Translations under genes and position numbers: made by a program | Source: an uncultured Gammaproteobacteria bacterium | GTDB lineage: Bacteria > Patescibacteriota > Microgenomatia > Levybacterales > UBA12049 | Length of the DNA stretch: 64,000 nt | Reading direction: 5' to 3' | Assembly (NCBI GenBank): GCA_964414015.1 | Contig: CAYPUE010000001.1 | Location: 8,893 to 72,892 of the forward strand | The notes under the pieces: model-generated | The model's database searches: none | Told to the model about the DNA's origin: nothing | What the model saw: the letters and a program-made list of their open reading frames with translations, nothing else | Part shown: positions 19,022 through 27,460 of the stretch, piece after piece | How the letters are laid out: the number at the start of each line of letters is the position of its first letter | Numbering within the stretch: the stretch's first letter is position 1

Positions 19022-20092
19022 TCAAATTGTCGTATCTATTGCTATCTTTTTATATACATTAAATGTTTCTTCTGCAGTTTTTTTCCAAGAGAATTTTTTT
19101 GCCTGAATTAAACCTTTTTTAGAATATTCTTCCCTAAGCTTTTTGTTTTCGTACATTGTCCTAATGCCTTCGCCAATACTGTCAGGATCGTAAGCATTAA
19201 CATAGAAAACCGTATTGCTTGCAATTTCCGGTATTGACCCCTCTTTCGTAGTAACTACCGGACAACCGCAACTCATTGCCTCAAGAATCGGAAGACCAAA
19301 TCCTTCGTATAGAGAGGGCATTACAAAAACTGTAGCTAAATTGTAAATCATAACCAAATCGCTAGTAGGTATAAATCCTAAACGTAGAATATTTTTATCT
19401 TTTTCTACCAACTTCTCTACTCTAGTGCGATCTTGATTCCATAAATTATCTTTGTCAAAATCAAAATTCGTAAGAGCTTTTCCAACCATAACAAGAGGCA
19501 CCTTAATCCTCTTAACCGCTTCTATTAACCTTGGTAAATTTTTATTCCAAGTTACATCTCCCACATAGAGCAAAAAATTCTCCGGAAGGGAATATTTTTT
19601 GCTAATTTTTAATTTTAAATTTTCAATTTTCAATCGCTTGAACGCCTCGCCCGCGGCTAAGTAGATAACGTGAATTTTGCGTTCCGGAATCCCAACGTAT
19701 TTAACAATGTCTTTTTTCGAAGAAAAAGAATCAGTTATTACTGCATCTGCGCTGCTCAAGGCGGCTTTTTGCAATTGCCATTTTAGCTCTCCTTTTATGC
19801 CTCTTGGAAAAAATTTCGGAAAAGCTAAAGGCGTTAAGTCATGAACTGTCACTATTGTTTTATATTTTTTGTAAATTGGCAGTGTTAGAAAAAACGGCTC
19901 AAAATAAGGATAATGGACTAAATCCGTATCTTTGGGTAAATTTTCACCTCGAGTAAAAAAAGTATACTGATTGTCCGGATAATATTGCAATAAGGATTTT
20001 TTAAGATTTTCTATATAAAATCCTGTACCCCGAACTCTATGTGCAAGATTACGAGCGTCAATCAGCGGGGATACATCAACAGCTATGTTCAT
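19022..20092 (-). CDS. GT4 glycosyltransferase (mannosyltransferase-like)
   Basis: TVHDL.P, KNLPRLI, PSLYEGFGLPILEAMSCGCPVV, FSWKKTA. Confidence 0.92.
   Translation of the reverse strand: MNIAVDVSPLIDARNLAHRVRGTGFYIENLKKSLLQYYPDNQYTFFTRGENLPKDTDLVHYPYFEPFFLTLPIYKKYKTIVTVHDLTPLAFPKFFPRGIKGELKWQLQKAALSSADAVITDSFSSKKDIVKYVGIPERKIHVIYLAAGEAFKRLKIENLKLKISKKYSLPENFLLYVGDVTWNKNLPRLIEAVKRIKVPLVMVGKALTNFDFDKDNLWNQDRTRVEKLVEKDKNILRLGFIPTSDLVMIYNLATVFVMPSLYEGFGLPILEAMSCGCPVVTTKEGSIPEIASNTVFYVNAYDPDSIGEGIRTMYENKKLREEYSKKGLIQAKKFSWKKTAEETFNVYKKIAIDTTI
19604..19634. repeat. In-frame heptamer tandem array (AATTTTH x4.4)
   Basis: aattttt aatttta aattttc aattttc aat; encodes IENLKLKI in the GT4. Confidence 0.65.
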
Positions 20093-20098
20093 ATCTTT

Positions 20099-20107
20099 AT
20101 TCTAGCA
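20099..20107 (-). promoter_or_regulatory. Extended -10 (TGcTAGAAT) 6 nt before the ATG at 20092
   Basis: Minus strand reads TGCTAGAAT-aaagat-ATG. Confidence 0.55.
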
Positions 20108-20119
20108 AAGCAGGATTGC

Positions 20120-21025
20120 TTAAGCAAAATTGCTTTTTTGCGCAATAATTCCTATGTTGCCCCCGAATAGGGGAATAGCAAAATCAAAAAAGCTTAGCTT
20201 ACTAAAGCTATCGTGCAATATGTTTTTAATTCCCTTAGGTAAAGGGGCCATTTTTGCATAATAAGATAGGGGGTAAGTATTTTTCACATTAAATATCTCA
20301 ATATTTTTAAATTTATGTTTTGAGAACAATAAGCTTAGTGTATGTTTGTTAAAAAGATATATATGCTCTATATCGAATATTGGCCATTTTTCTCCAAAAA
20401 GTTTTACAAATATATTGTCCGTATTGTGTACGGCAAAAAGAATAAATCCTCCAGGTTTAAGAATCCCTCGCGCTAATTTGATAAATCTATTCGGATCTAC
20501 TACATGATCTAGTGTATGGAAACATAAAACAGCATCAAAATTATTATCCGGAAATTGTTTTTGCTTAAAAATATCTGTAGTAATCCTCTTTTTAAGATAC
20601 GGCGGTGCCTCGGAAACCATTTTCAAACTTGCTTCTACTCCAAACAAATCTTTTATCCCCTTTTTCTTTAATGCTTCAAGAAAAAATCCGTTTCCGCACC
20701 CGATCTCTAAAATTTTTGGATTTTGGGATAAAAAAGGTTCTATCCGCTGAAATTCTTTCATATACGCCTTAGTAAGATAAGGAACCTGCTTGTCGTAACT
20801 GCAAACGCTTTCTCTATAAAATTCTGTTATTTTTGAAGGCTCAAGGATAGGAGATGAGAAAATTAATCCGCACTTCTGGCATTTAAGTATTCTATAATGA
20901 ATTCTGTCTGGAGATCTGCGTGCCGAGTAGGTAATGCTCGTTATATTTCTTTTGTTGAACGTAGATTTGTATAAAACTTCTGTACGTTGATTTTTACCGC
21001 ACAATGCACATATAATATCAACCAT
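20120..21025 (-). CDS. Class I SAM-dependent methyltransferase with N-terminal Zn ribbon (glycan O-methyltransferase-like)
   Basis: CALCG...CQKCG, LEIGCGNG, FHTLDHV.DP, LKPGG, EHIYLF. Confidence 0.88.
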   Translation of the reverse strand: MVDIICALCGKNQRTEVLYKSTFNKRNITSITYSARRSPDRIHYRILKCQKCGLIFSSPILEPSKITEFYRESVCSYDKQVPYLTKAYMKEFQRIEPFLSQNPKILEIGCGNGFFLEALKKKGIKDLFGVEASLKMVSEAPPYLKKRITTDIFKQKQFPDNNFDAVLCFHTLDHVVDPNRFIKLARGILKPGGFILFAVHNTDNIFVKLFGEKWPIFDIEHIYLFNKHTLSLLFSKHKFKNIEIFNVKNTYPLSYYAKMAPLPKGIKNILHDSFSKLSFFDFAIPLFGGNIGIIAQKSNFA

Positions 21026-21041
21026 GAAAAGTATTATAACA
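20987..21041. promoter_or_regulatory. Symmetric bidirectional promoter around a shared CATG
   Basis: Plus strand: TTGATT(20987)-N18-TATAAT(21011-21016)-N7-ATG(21024). Minus strand: TGtTATAAT(21041-21033)-N7-ATG(21025). Confidence 0.6.
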
Positions 21042-21971
21042 AATAAAACGGTTCTTATTACGGGAGGAGCTGGTTTTATAGGATCAAACTTGACTAGGCG
21101 GCTTTTGAAAATGGGTTATAGTATTAATCTTATCGTAAAAAAAAATACAGATCTTTGGAGATTAAAAGACATAGTTTCTAAAATTAGAATACATAAAGTA
21201 GATCTTCTTGATAGCCTGAAACTTTCCCAAACAGTAAGCAAAATTAAACCGGAAATAATAATTCATCTGGCAACATATAGTAATTACAGAGATCAACGGG
21301 CAATAAAACAAATGATTGACCTTAACATCCAAGGAACTTTTAATCTTCTTCTGGCAAGTAAAGATATTAATTATGATATTTTTATAAATACAGGCTCCTC
21401 TTCTGAATACGGATTAAAAAGCAAACCGATGAAAGAAAATGATTTATTAGAACCTGTAAGCTTTTATGCTGCTACAAAGGCATCCGCTACGCTTTTGTGC
21501 CAGGTATTTGCAAAAGAATTTAAGAAGCCGATCGTAACTTTTAGACCGTTCTCTGTTTATGGACCTTATGAAGAAAAAAGTAGATTTATGCCAACCATCG
21601 TCAAAGCCCTCATCAAAGGCAAATCAATAAATCTTACCCCCGGAAAACAACGCAGGGATTTTATCTATATAGACGATGTCGTTGATATATACATAAAAGC
21701 TATGAGGACTAGAAAAAATCTTGCAGGACAAATCCTAAATATCGGAACAGGGAAGCAGTATTCCAATGATGAAACGGTAAAAATTCTTTTCAAAGCAGTT
21801 GGGCAAAAAGTTTCAGTCAAAAAAGGCGCTTTCCCTAAACGGTTATGGGACACGCCTTATTGGGTAGCTGACATCTCCAAGACAACTAAATTGCTTAAAT
21901 GGAAACCCCGATTTGGCTTAAAGGAAGGATTGAGAAAAACTTATTTTTGGGCTAAAAATGAAAAAATTTAA
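21024..21971 (+). CDS. NAD-dependent epimerase/dehydratase (extended SDR, NDP-4-keto-sugar reductase-like)
   Basis: TGGAGFIG, HLA, GSSSEYG, YAATK, RPFSVYGP, RDFIYIDD, NIGTG. Confidence 0.9.
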   Translation: MKSIITNKTVLITGGAGFIGSNLTRRLLKMGYSINLIVKKNTDLWRLKDIVSKIRIHKVDLLDSLKLSQTVSKIKPEIIIHLATYSNYRDQRAIKQMIDLNIQGTFNLLLASKDINYDIFINTGSSSEYGLKSKPMKENDLLEPVSFYAATKASATLLCQVFAKEFKKPIVTFRPFSVYGPYEEKSRFMPTIVKALIKGKSINLTPGKQRRDFIYIDDVVDIYIKAMRTRKNLAGQILNIGTGKQYSNDETVKILFKAVGQKVSVKKGAFPKRLWDTPYWVADISKTTKLLKWKPRFGLKEGLRKTYFWAKNEKI

Positions 21972-22692
21972 TATAAAATTATTAGACTGGGATCAAAAAA
22001 ATACAAGACGCAGAATTATTGAGATAAGCTATGGCAAAGGCTTGTCTCATTTAGGATCTTGTCTGTCTGTTGTAGATATTATCGATATAATTTATAAAAT
22101 AAAACATAAGGATGATAAATTTGTCTTATCTAATGGCCATGCAGGAATTGCTTTGTATGCAATACTTGAAAAGAATAAACTTATTAAAAATCCTAAAACT
22201 TCGGAAAAACTACACATCCATCCCGACAGAAATCCGAAAATCGGGATAGATGTTTCCACAGGCAGCCTTGGACAAGGCCTGCCTATAGCCTTGGGATTAG
22301 CTTTTTCCAACCGGCAGAAGAATGTTTATTGCATAATTTCGGATGGGGAATGCACAGAAGGCAGTATATGGGAATCTTTAAGAATTGCAATTGATTATAG
22401 AATAGGGAATTTAAAAATCATTGTAAATGCAAATGGATGGGGAGCTTATGGATCAATTTCAACGAAAATCTTGCTTAAAAGGTTAAAAGCTTTTGGTTGC
22501 ATGGCAATAACCGTAGACGGACACAATAAAACTGATCTTCTTAAAACTTTAAAAAGGAAATCAATAAATAAACCGATTATAATATTTGCAAAAACCGAGG
22601 TTGAACAATTTGAATTCCTTAAAGGACAAGATGCTCATTATTACAAAATGAACAAAAACGACTATAATAATGCTCTTAAAGCATTGCAATGA
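21958..22692 (+). CDS. Transketolase-like TPP enzyme, N-terminal (pyrophosphate-binding) subunit
   Basis: HLGSCLS, FVLSNGH, STGSLGQG, SDGECTEGSIWE...N TPP motif, VDGH. Confidence 0.9.
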   Translation: MKKFNIKLLDWDQKNTRRRIIEISYGKGLSHLGSCLSVVDIIDIIYKIKHKDDKFVLSNGHAGIALYAILEKNKLIKNPKTSEKLHIHPDRNPKIGIDVSTGSLGQGLPIALGLAFSNRQKNVYCIISDGECTEGSIWESLRIAIDYRIGNLKIIVNANGWGAYGSISTKILLKRLKAFGCMAITVDGHNKTDLLKTLKRKSINKPIIIFAKTEVEQFEFLKGQDAHYYKMNKNDYNNALKALQ

Positions 22693-23189
22693 AAAAACAA
22701 AATTCTCTAATGATGCGAGCTATTTTCGCGCAAGAAATACGCAAAAAAATGGCAAAAAACAAAAAGGTCTTCGTACTTGTAAATGACCTTGGATATAAAA
22801 TGTGGGATAAGATAAGAAAAGATTACCCTGAAAGATTTATCAATGCAGGAGCTGCGGAACAATCCCTAATAGGAATTGCCGTGGGACTTGCTATTTCTGG
22901 TAAAATACCCATTGTATATTCAATAACAACATTTCTTTTATATAGACCATTTGAAACAATAAGAAACTATATAAATCATGAAAAGATACCTGTTAAACTA
23001 ATAGGGAGCGGCAGAAATAAAGACTATATTAACGACGGGTTCTCTCACTGGGCAGAAGAAGACAAAAAAGTAATGAAAGTTTTTGGGAATATAATATCAA
23101 AATGGCCAAAAACTTTACAAGAAATTCCCAAGCTGGTTAGCCAAATGACAGAAAGTAAAGACCCGTGGTATATTAATTTAAGAAAATAA
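22689..23189 (+). CDS. Transketolase-like pyrimidine-binding subunit with no C-terminal domain
   Basis: DLG, PERFIN.G.AEQ, RPFE.IR, G.SH...ED; ends at PWYINLRK after 166 aa. Confidence 0.85.
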   Translation: MKKQNSLMMRAIFAQEIRKKMAKNKKVFVLVNDLGYKMWDKIRKDYPERFINAGAAEQSLIGIAVGLAISGKIPIVYSITTFLLYRPFETIRNYINHEKIPVKLIGSGRNKDYINDGFSHWAEEDKKVMKVFGNIISKWPKTLQEIPKLVSQMTESKDPWYINLRK

Positions 23190-23192
23190 AAT

Positions 23193-23242
23193 TATGACCC
23201 TGAGTATTAATCGAAGGGTCATACTGAGTTTATCGAATGTAT
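23193..23242. repeat. Tandem pair of REP-like hairpins with a CTGAG-N4/5-TCGAA core
   Basis: TATGACCCT-gagtattaatcga-AGGGTCATA (9-bp perfect arms, 23193-23223), followed by a degenerate copy ATAC-tgagtttatcgaat-GTAT. Confidence 0.65.
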
Positions 23243-24182
23243 GAAAAAGAAAATATCTGCAATTATCGCCTGCTATAAAGATGAACAGGCAATTCCTATT
23301 ATGCATAAAAGGCTATCTTTTGTATTCACAAAAATAGGAGTGGATTACGAAATAATTTTCGTAAATGATGGTAGTCCGGATAATACAGAAAAAGCGCTAA
23401 GTCTACTGGTAAAAAAAGATAAACACGTAATTGGGGTAAATCACTCAAGAAATTTCAGCTCTCAAATGGCATTTACAAGCGGTATGGAGATTGCAACCGG
23501 GGATGCGGTTGTCCTTCTTGACGGAGATTTACAAGATCCTCCCGAAATTATAGAAAAATTTTATAAAAAATGGCAGGAAGGATATGACGTTGTGTATGGC
23601 GTAAGAACGAAAAGAGACGCGCCTCTTTATATGGCAATTTTATATAAGTTGTTCTACAGGATATTTCATATGATGTCTTACATTCGTATTCCTCTTGACG
23701 CCGGAGATTTCTCCCTGATCGATAAAAAAGTGGTAAAGATAATTAAAACGTTTCCTGAAAGAGACAGATTTCTAAGAGGGATACGCGCATGGGTGGGATT
23801 TAAACAGATAGGCGTTCCTTATGTGCGTCCCGAAAGAATGTTTGGAAAAACTACCAATAACCTATTTAAAAATCTTAATTGGGCATCAAAAGGAATTTTT
23901 TCTTTTTCCTATGTACCTCTACAAATTATAACTCTTGTCTCGTTCGTTGTTTTTATTATCGCTCTTGTCGCAATGATGGTACAAATAATTTTAAGATTTT
24001 TACTGCCAAATACGCCTCAAGGAGCAACTACTATTCTCGTTATCTTCTTATTCATCGGCGCAATTCAACTTCTGGGAATTAGTGTTCTTGGGCAATATAT
24101 AGGTAAGATATTTGAAGAAGTAAAACAAAGACCAAAATATATTATAAAAAGTATTGTTAAGTATAATTCGAAACAGATCTGA
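23241..24182 (+). CDS. GtrB/ArnC-like undecaprenyl-phosphate glycosyltransferase (GT2)
   Basis: VNDGSPD, SRNF, DGDLQDPPE, GYDVVYG.R, AGDFSLID, RFLRG..AWVGF, two C-terminal TM helices, YIG.IF.E.K.RP.Y. Confidence 0.92.
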   Translation: MKKKISAIIACYKDEQAIPIMHKRLSFVFTKIGVDYEIIFVNDGSPDNTEKALSLLVKKDKHVIGVNHSRNFSSQMAFTSGMEIATGDAVVLLDGDLQDPPEIIEKFYKKWQEGYDVVYGVRTKRDAPLYMAILYKLFYRIFHMMSYIRIPLDAGDFSLIDKKVVKIIKTFPERDRFLRGIRAWVGFKQIGVPYVRPERMFGKTTNNLFKNLNWASKGIFSFSYVPLQIITLVSFVVFIIALVAMMVQIILRFLLPNTPQGATTILVIFLFIGAIQLLGISVLGQYIGKIFEEVKQRPKYIIKSIVKYNSKQI

Positions 24183-24183
24183 T

Positions 24184-25818
24184 TTATTGGTTTTTAACCA
24201 AAAGACTTTTGATTAATAAAAACAAACTTAATAATATAAAAATAAAGGATGAAATTGTACCAATCGTCCTTGGGCTCGTAGCTCCTAACTCTATTTTTAT
24301 ATCATGATTTCCTGCATTAAGATGGAAAGAAAAAAGCCCATTAGGAGTTACATTTATCTTAACTTTTTTGCCATCTACAAATACTGACCATCCTGGAAAA
24401 TATGCTGTATTTACTCCAATTTCCGAATCATCCTTAGCTTCGATCTTAAAATCATAAAAACTGCTAATAATTCTTTTGGGTGTTATAACGCCATCTCCTT
24501 TTAGAAAAAATGCTTTATCTTTTTGTTTCTTTAAATCTCCATTAAAAAATATTGTATTGAATGCATTTCCCGGGCTATTGGTTCCATCTATAAAATTCGA
24601 TCGCGTTATGTAGTAAGAATCTTCTCTATAAAGGTAGTAAGCTGGTTTTGAATATTCAATCCCCAAAAGAAAAGTAAAAGTAATCATAATGATTGCCAAA
24701 ACCCATGACTTCCAATAAAAAATAATACTCCCTGCCAGAAATGAAGTGATTAATATAACAAGACTTAAGAGTCTCCATGGAAACTGAAAATAATTTACAA
24801 GCGGAATATTAACCCAAATCGGATAGGAAATTTTTTGCATTAAAAATAAAAGAATTAGAAGGGATATTATAAAAAAGAAAATTATCCTGCATTCTGTTTT
24901 TTTCTTTATAAAAAATATACAACCTACACAAAAACTTATAAATGTTGCGAAAATATTAGCTATCCCTATTTGGACAGACATCTCCGTAGCTATATTGGTT
25001 CCAAAAAATCCGGATCCCCATGAAGGAATAATTAATTGATATAAATCCGGAAAATTAACATTCAAACTGAAAACTTCCAATCCAACGACATATTGCCTCT
25101 CAAATAGAGCAGGTATCCAAAAAATTGAAGATAATCCAAGACTAATTAGTATTACGTAGAAAGTATTAAGTATTAAGTATCTGCGATTATTGCTTATGCA
25201 TATTAGAAAAATAATGTAAGAAATAGAAAAAGCAAAAAACATTAAAGCTAAGATATTATGAGAAAATATAATTAACGCCAAAAATATACTTGAAATTGCA
25301 ATATATTTACTTTGTCTTTCTTTAAAGAATTTCGTAATCGACCAGAGAAAAGCCGGAAAAAAAGCAAGAGCCCACACCTCTCCCACAGAACCCCTAATGT
25401 ATGCATCCACGAAATGGTAAGGCGAAAATGAATAAAATACTGAAGATACTATGCCTCCTAATGTACCCCAAAATTCTTTGCTCCAAAGATAAAAAAATAC
25501 TCCGCCGATTATGAAGGCTAAGAACATCTCAAGCTTAAAAGAGTCTATGAAGCTTATACCAAAAATGTGAAAAAAGGAAGCGATGTAGTTTGGTAAGGGA
25601 TAAACGTAGTTAAAAAGCGGCACCCCATATCCATTATTTAAGTCCGGAGCCCAACGGGGATACCAATTGCCATCTCTTAGAACCTTATCGAATTCATAAA
25701 ATCTTACAATATGGTATTCTCCATCATGCGTAGGAGATAATCCCTTATGGATAAGTGAAAAACCAGCAATAATGGAAAATATAATAACTAAAAGTATTGG
25801 AAGAAATTTTTTCGCCAT
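24184..25818 (-). CDS. GT-C membrane protein ('PTPS-related'/YfhO-like subfamily)
   Basis: THDG..H..R, PRW, GYG.P.F, PY...D.Y.RG..GE, SHN, FWIPA, FQFPWR, YFPGW. Confidence 0.8.
   Translation of the reverse strand: MAKKFLPILLVIIFSIIAGFSLIHKGLSPTHDGEYHIVRFYEFDKVLRDGNWYPRWAPDLNNGYGVPLFNYVYPLPNYIASFFHIFGISFIDSFKLEMFLAFIIGGVFFYLWSKEFWGTLGGIVSSVFYSFSPYHFVDAYIRGSVGEVWALAFFPAFLWSITKFFKERQSKYIAISSIFLALIIFSHNILALMFFAFSISYIIFLICISNNRRYLILNTFYVILISLGLSSIFWIPALFERQYVVGLEVFSLNVNFPDLYQLIIPSWGSGFFGTNIATEMSVQIGIANIFATFISFCVGCIFFIKKKTECRIIFFFIISLLILLFLMQKISYPIWVNIPLVNYFQFPWRLLSLVILITSFLAGSIIFYWKSWVLAIIMITFTFLLGIEYSKPAYYLYREDSYYITRSNFIDGTNSPGNAFNTIFFNGDLKKQKDKAFFLKGDGVITPKRIISSFYDFKIEAKDDSEIGVNTAYFPGWSVFVDGKKVKINVTPNGLFSFHLNAGNHDIKIELGATSPRTIGTISSFIFILLSLFLLIKSLLVKNQ
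25147..25181. repeat. In-frame heptamer array (AAGTATT-like x5)
   Basis: tagtatt acgtaga aagtatt aagtatt aagtatc; encodes YLILNTFYVIL. Confidence 0.6.
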
Positions 25819-26930
25819 AATTTTTCTTTTATGGATAAGTACAAAAGAGCCGCAATGGATGGAATAAAGGTTACCAAAGCTTTAATCAAAGGCGTAGGTC
25901 CGAAATAAGTACCAAGAAGCATGAATGGAATATAACGTAATAATAAACCAAAAGAGCAGGAGATGGAAAGATATAATAAAATTTTATTTTTTGGAACAAG
26001 AAATGAAAATGGAAGAAACCATATGGCATACCATGGGTAAATTTCTTCCCTAATTGGCGACAGTAAAAACGCCATTATCATTAATATTGCCGAATAAGAA
26101 AATACATTGTCCCAATTAATCTCCATTTTCCTTACTCTCCTTATGACAACATATATAAAAATAGGAAGTAAAAATAAAGTTGCATATTTTATAAGCATAG
26201 ATAATATTATAAAAATAATTGCCCAAAATATTCTCTTTTTCATTAATAAATAAAAAGCCAAGAGCGCAAAAAACATCATAACTATATCATTATGTCCGCT
26301 AATTAAAGTTTCTATAATTACTAAAGGATTTAGAACGAATAGCAGAAGAGTAGCAAAATTTTTTGATATTTTCCAAATGATAGATATTGTACCTAGATAA
26401 AAAAGGAGTATAAAAAGTTTAAAATTTAAAAGCGTTAGCAGAAAATTCCCAAAACCCAATACATAAGGTATTCCTGTTAATAATATCCAAACCGGACCGT
26501 ATAAAGCGGTTTTATTAGCAGCGTGCATAAAGAAAAGTAATGGATCTTTTGTAAACTCAATAGGCATAATTATATAAGGGTTTTCGTGGTAAAAAAATAA
26601 AACCTTTGAAGTTGCAACATAGTTAAAAATATCATAGGAAAGCATTGCTGGATAAGACAGAAGTAATAATGCAATTGTAAGAATTAAGTATAATTTAAGA
26701 TCTTTAAAACCAAATAATCCCATTTTGCTTAATCTAACTATCAAAAAATAAAATATAAAAAATATTAAAATGAGCAATATATATAAAACGGTTGTTAATT
26801 GGCGGTTACTAAAAGCAAAACCAGAATAAAGCCTATGAAGATATAAAAAATTTGGGTCTATAAATAAATATGAGAAAATTAAAAAACAAAATAAAAAAAA
26901 CGCATAAAGAAAGATAAAAACGGATTTCAT
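25788..26930 (-). CDS. GT-C, MptA/MptB-like polyprenol-phospho-sugar-dependent glycosyltransferase
   Basis: LSYDIFNY, NPY, YGPVW, NPL.IIE..ISGHND, IKY, YPWY; multi-TM. Confidence 0.75.
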   Translation of the reverse strand: MKSVFIFLYAFFLFCFLIFSYLFIDPNFLYLHRLYSGFAFSNRQLTTVLYILLILIFFIFYFLIVRLSKMGLFGFKDLKLYLILTIALLLLSYPAMLSYDIFNYVATSKVLFFYHENPYIIMPIEFTKDPLLFFMHAANKTALYGPVWILLTGIPYVLGFGNFLLTLLNFKLFILLFYLGTISIIWKISKNFATLLLFVLNPLVIIETLISGHNDIVMMFFALLAFYLLMKKRIFWAIIFIILSMLIKYATLFLLPIFIYVVIRRVRKMEINWDNVFSYSAILMIMAFLLSPIREEIYPWYAIWFLPFSFLVPKNKILLYLSISCSFGLLLRYIPFMLLGTYFGPTPLIKALVTFIPSIAALLYLSIKEKLWRKNFFQYF

Positions 26931-27460
26931 AAATTGTTTTTCCTAATCTCAATCGATTTTAAAATTGCTTCTTTTAAATTTAATATTGTCGGAGGAGATT
27001 TTTCAGGCTTCCATTCAAACTTTTCCGGAACTTCACTTTTTAAAAGTTCGAGAACTTCTATGTGTTTTAATGCTGCATTTTGAAGAATATTCTTTTTATT
27101 CGCAATATTTTTATCTTCTCTCTCTGCTAACTTCAGATATAAAGGGGCTTGTGAAAAGTAGCTATCTGATTTAATTAATGCCTTATAACCCAACAAAAAC
27201 TGCTTGTATTCAAAGAGGGTTTTTGCTTCTACCAGATATTTATTTGATTGTTTTAGGTTATATTCAAACTGTCCGAAACTACCAAAGTGCCAATATCTCA
27301 TCATTTTCTCCCATACAAGGTGAAGTTTATACGAAGCACTTCCGGGCATTGAGGATGGATAAGGCAAAACGTAATTAGACTGCGCAAAAATAGCTGGAGG
27401 AAAAACTACGATCAACAAATAAATAATTATTGCGAATGCAAAAAGCTTTCCATTCGTCAT
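26927..27460 (-). CDS. Exported alpha-helical protein, DUF5667-like (paralog of 8990-9526)
   Basis: Signal peptide, YVLPYPS.MPGS..YKL, LKH.EVL; ATG 27460 overlaps the galE stop (ATGA). Confidence 0.65.
   Translation of the reverse strand: MTNGKLFAFAIIIYLLIVVFPPAIFAQSNYVLPYPSSMPGSASYKLHLVWEKMMRYWHFGSFGQFEYNLKQSNKYLVEAKTLFEYKQFLLGYKALIKSDSYFSQAPLYLKLAEREDKNIANKKNILQNAALKHIEVLELLKSEVPEKFEWKPEKSPPTILNLKEAILKSIEIRKNNL

Noticed and set aside
21958-23189. Housekeeping pentose-phosphate transketolase (tkt)
   Set aside because: The enzyme is split, lacks the C-terminal domain and sits between a sugar-nucleotide SDR and GtrB, so no gene symbol was assigned.
24184-25818. Literal '6-pyruvoyl-tetrahydropterin synthase' function for the PTPS-related family
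   Set aside because: These are polytopic membrane proteins with GT-C/YfhO-like motifs and no T-fold catalytic signature; the family name is misleading.
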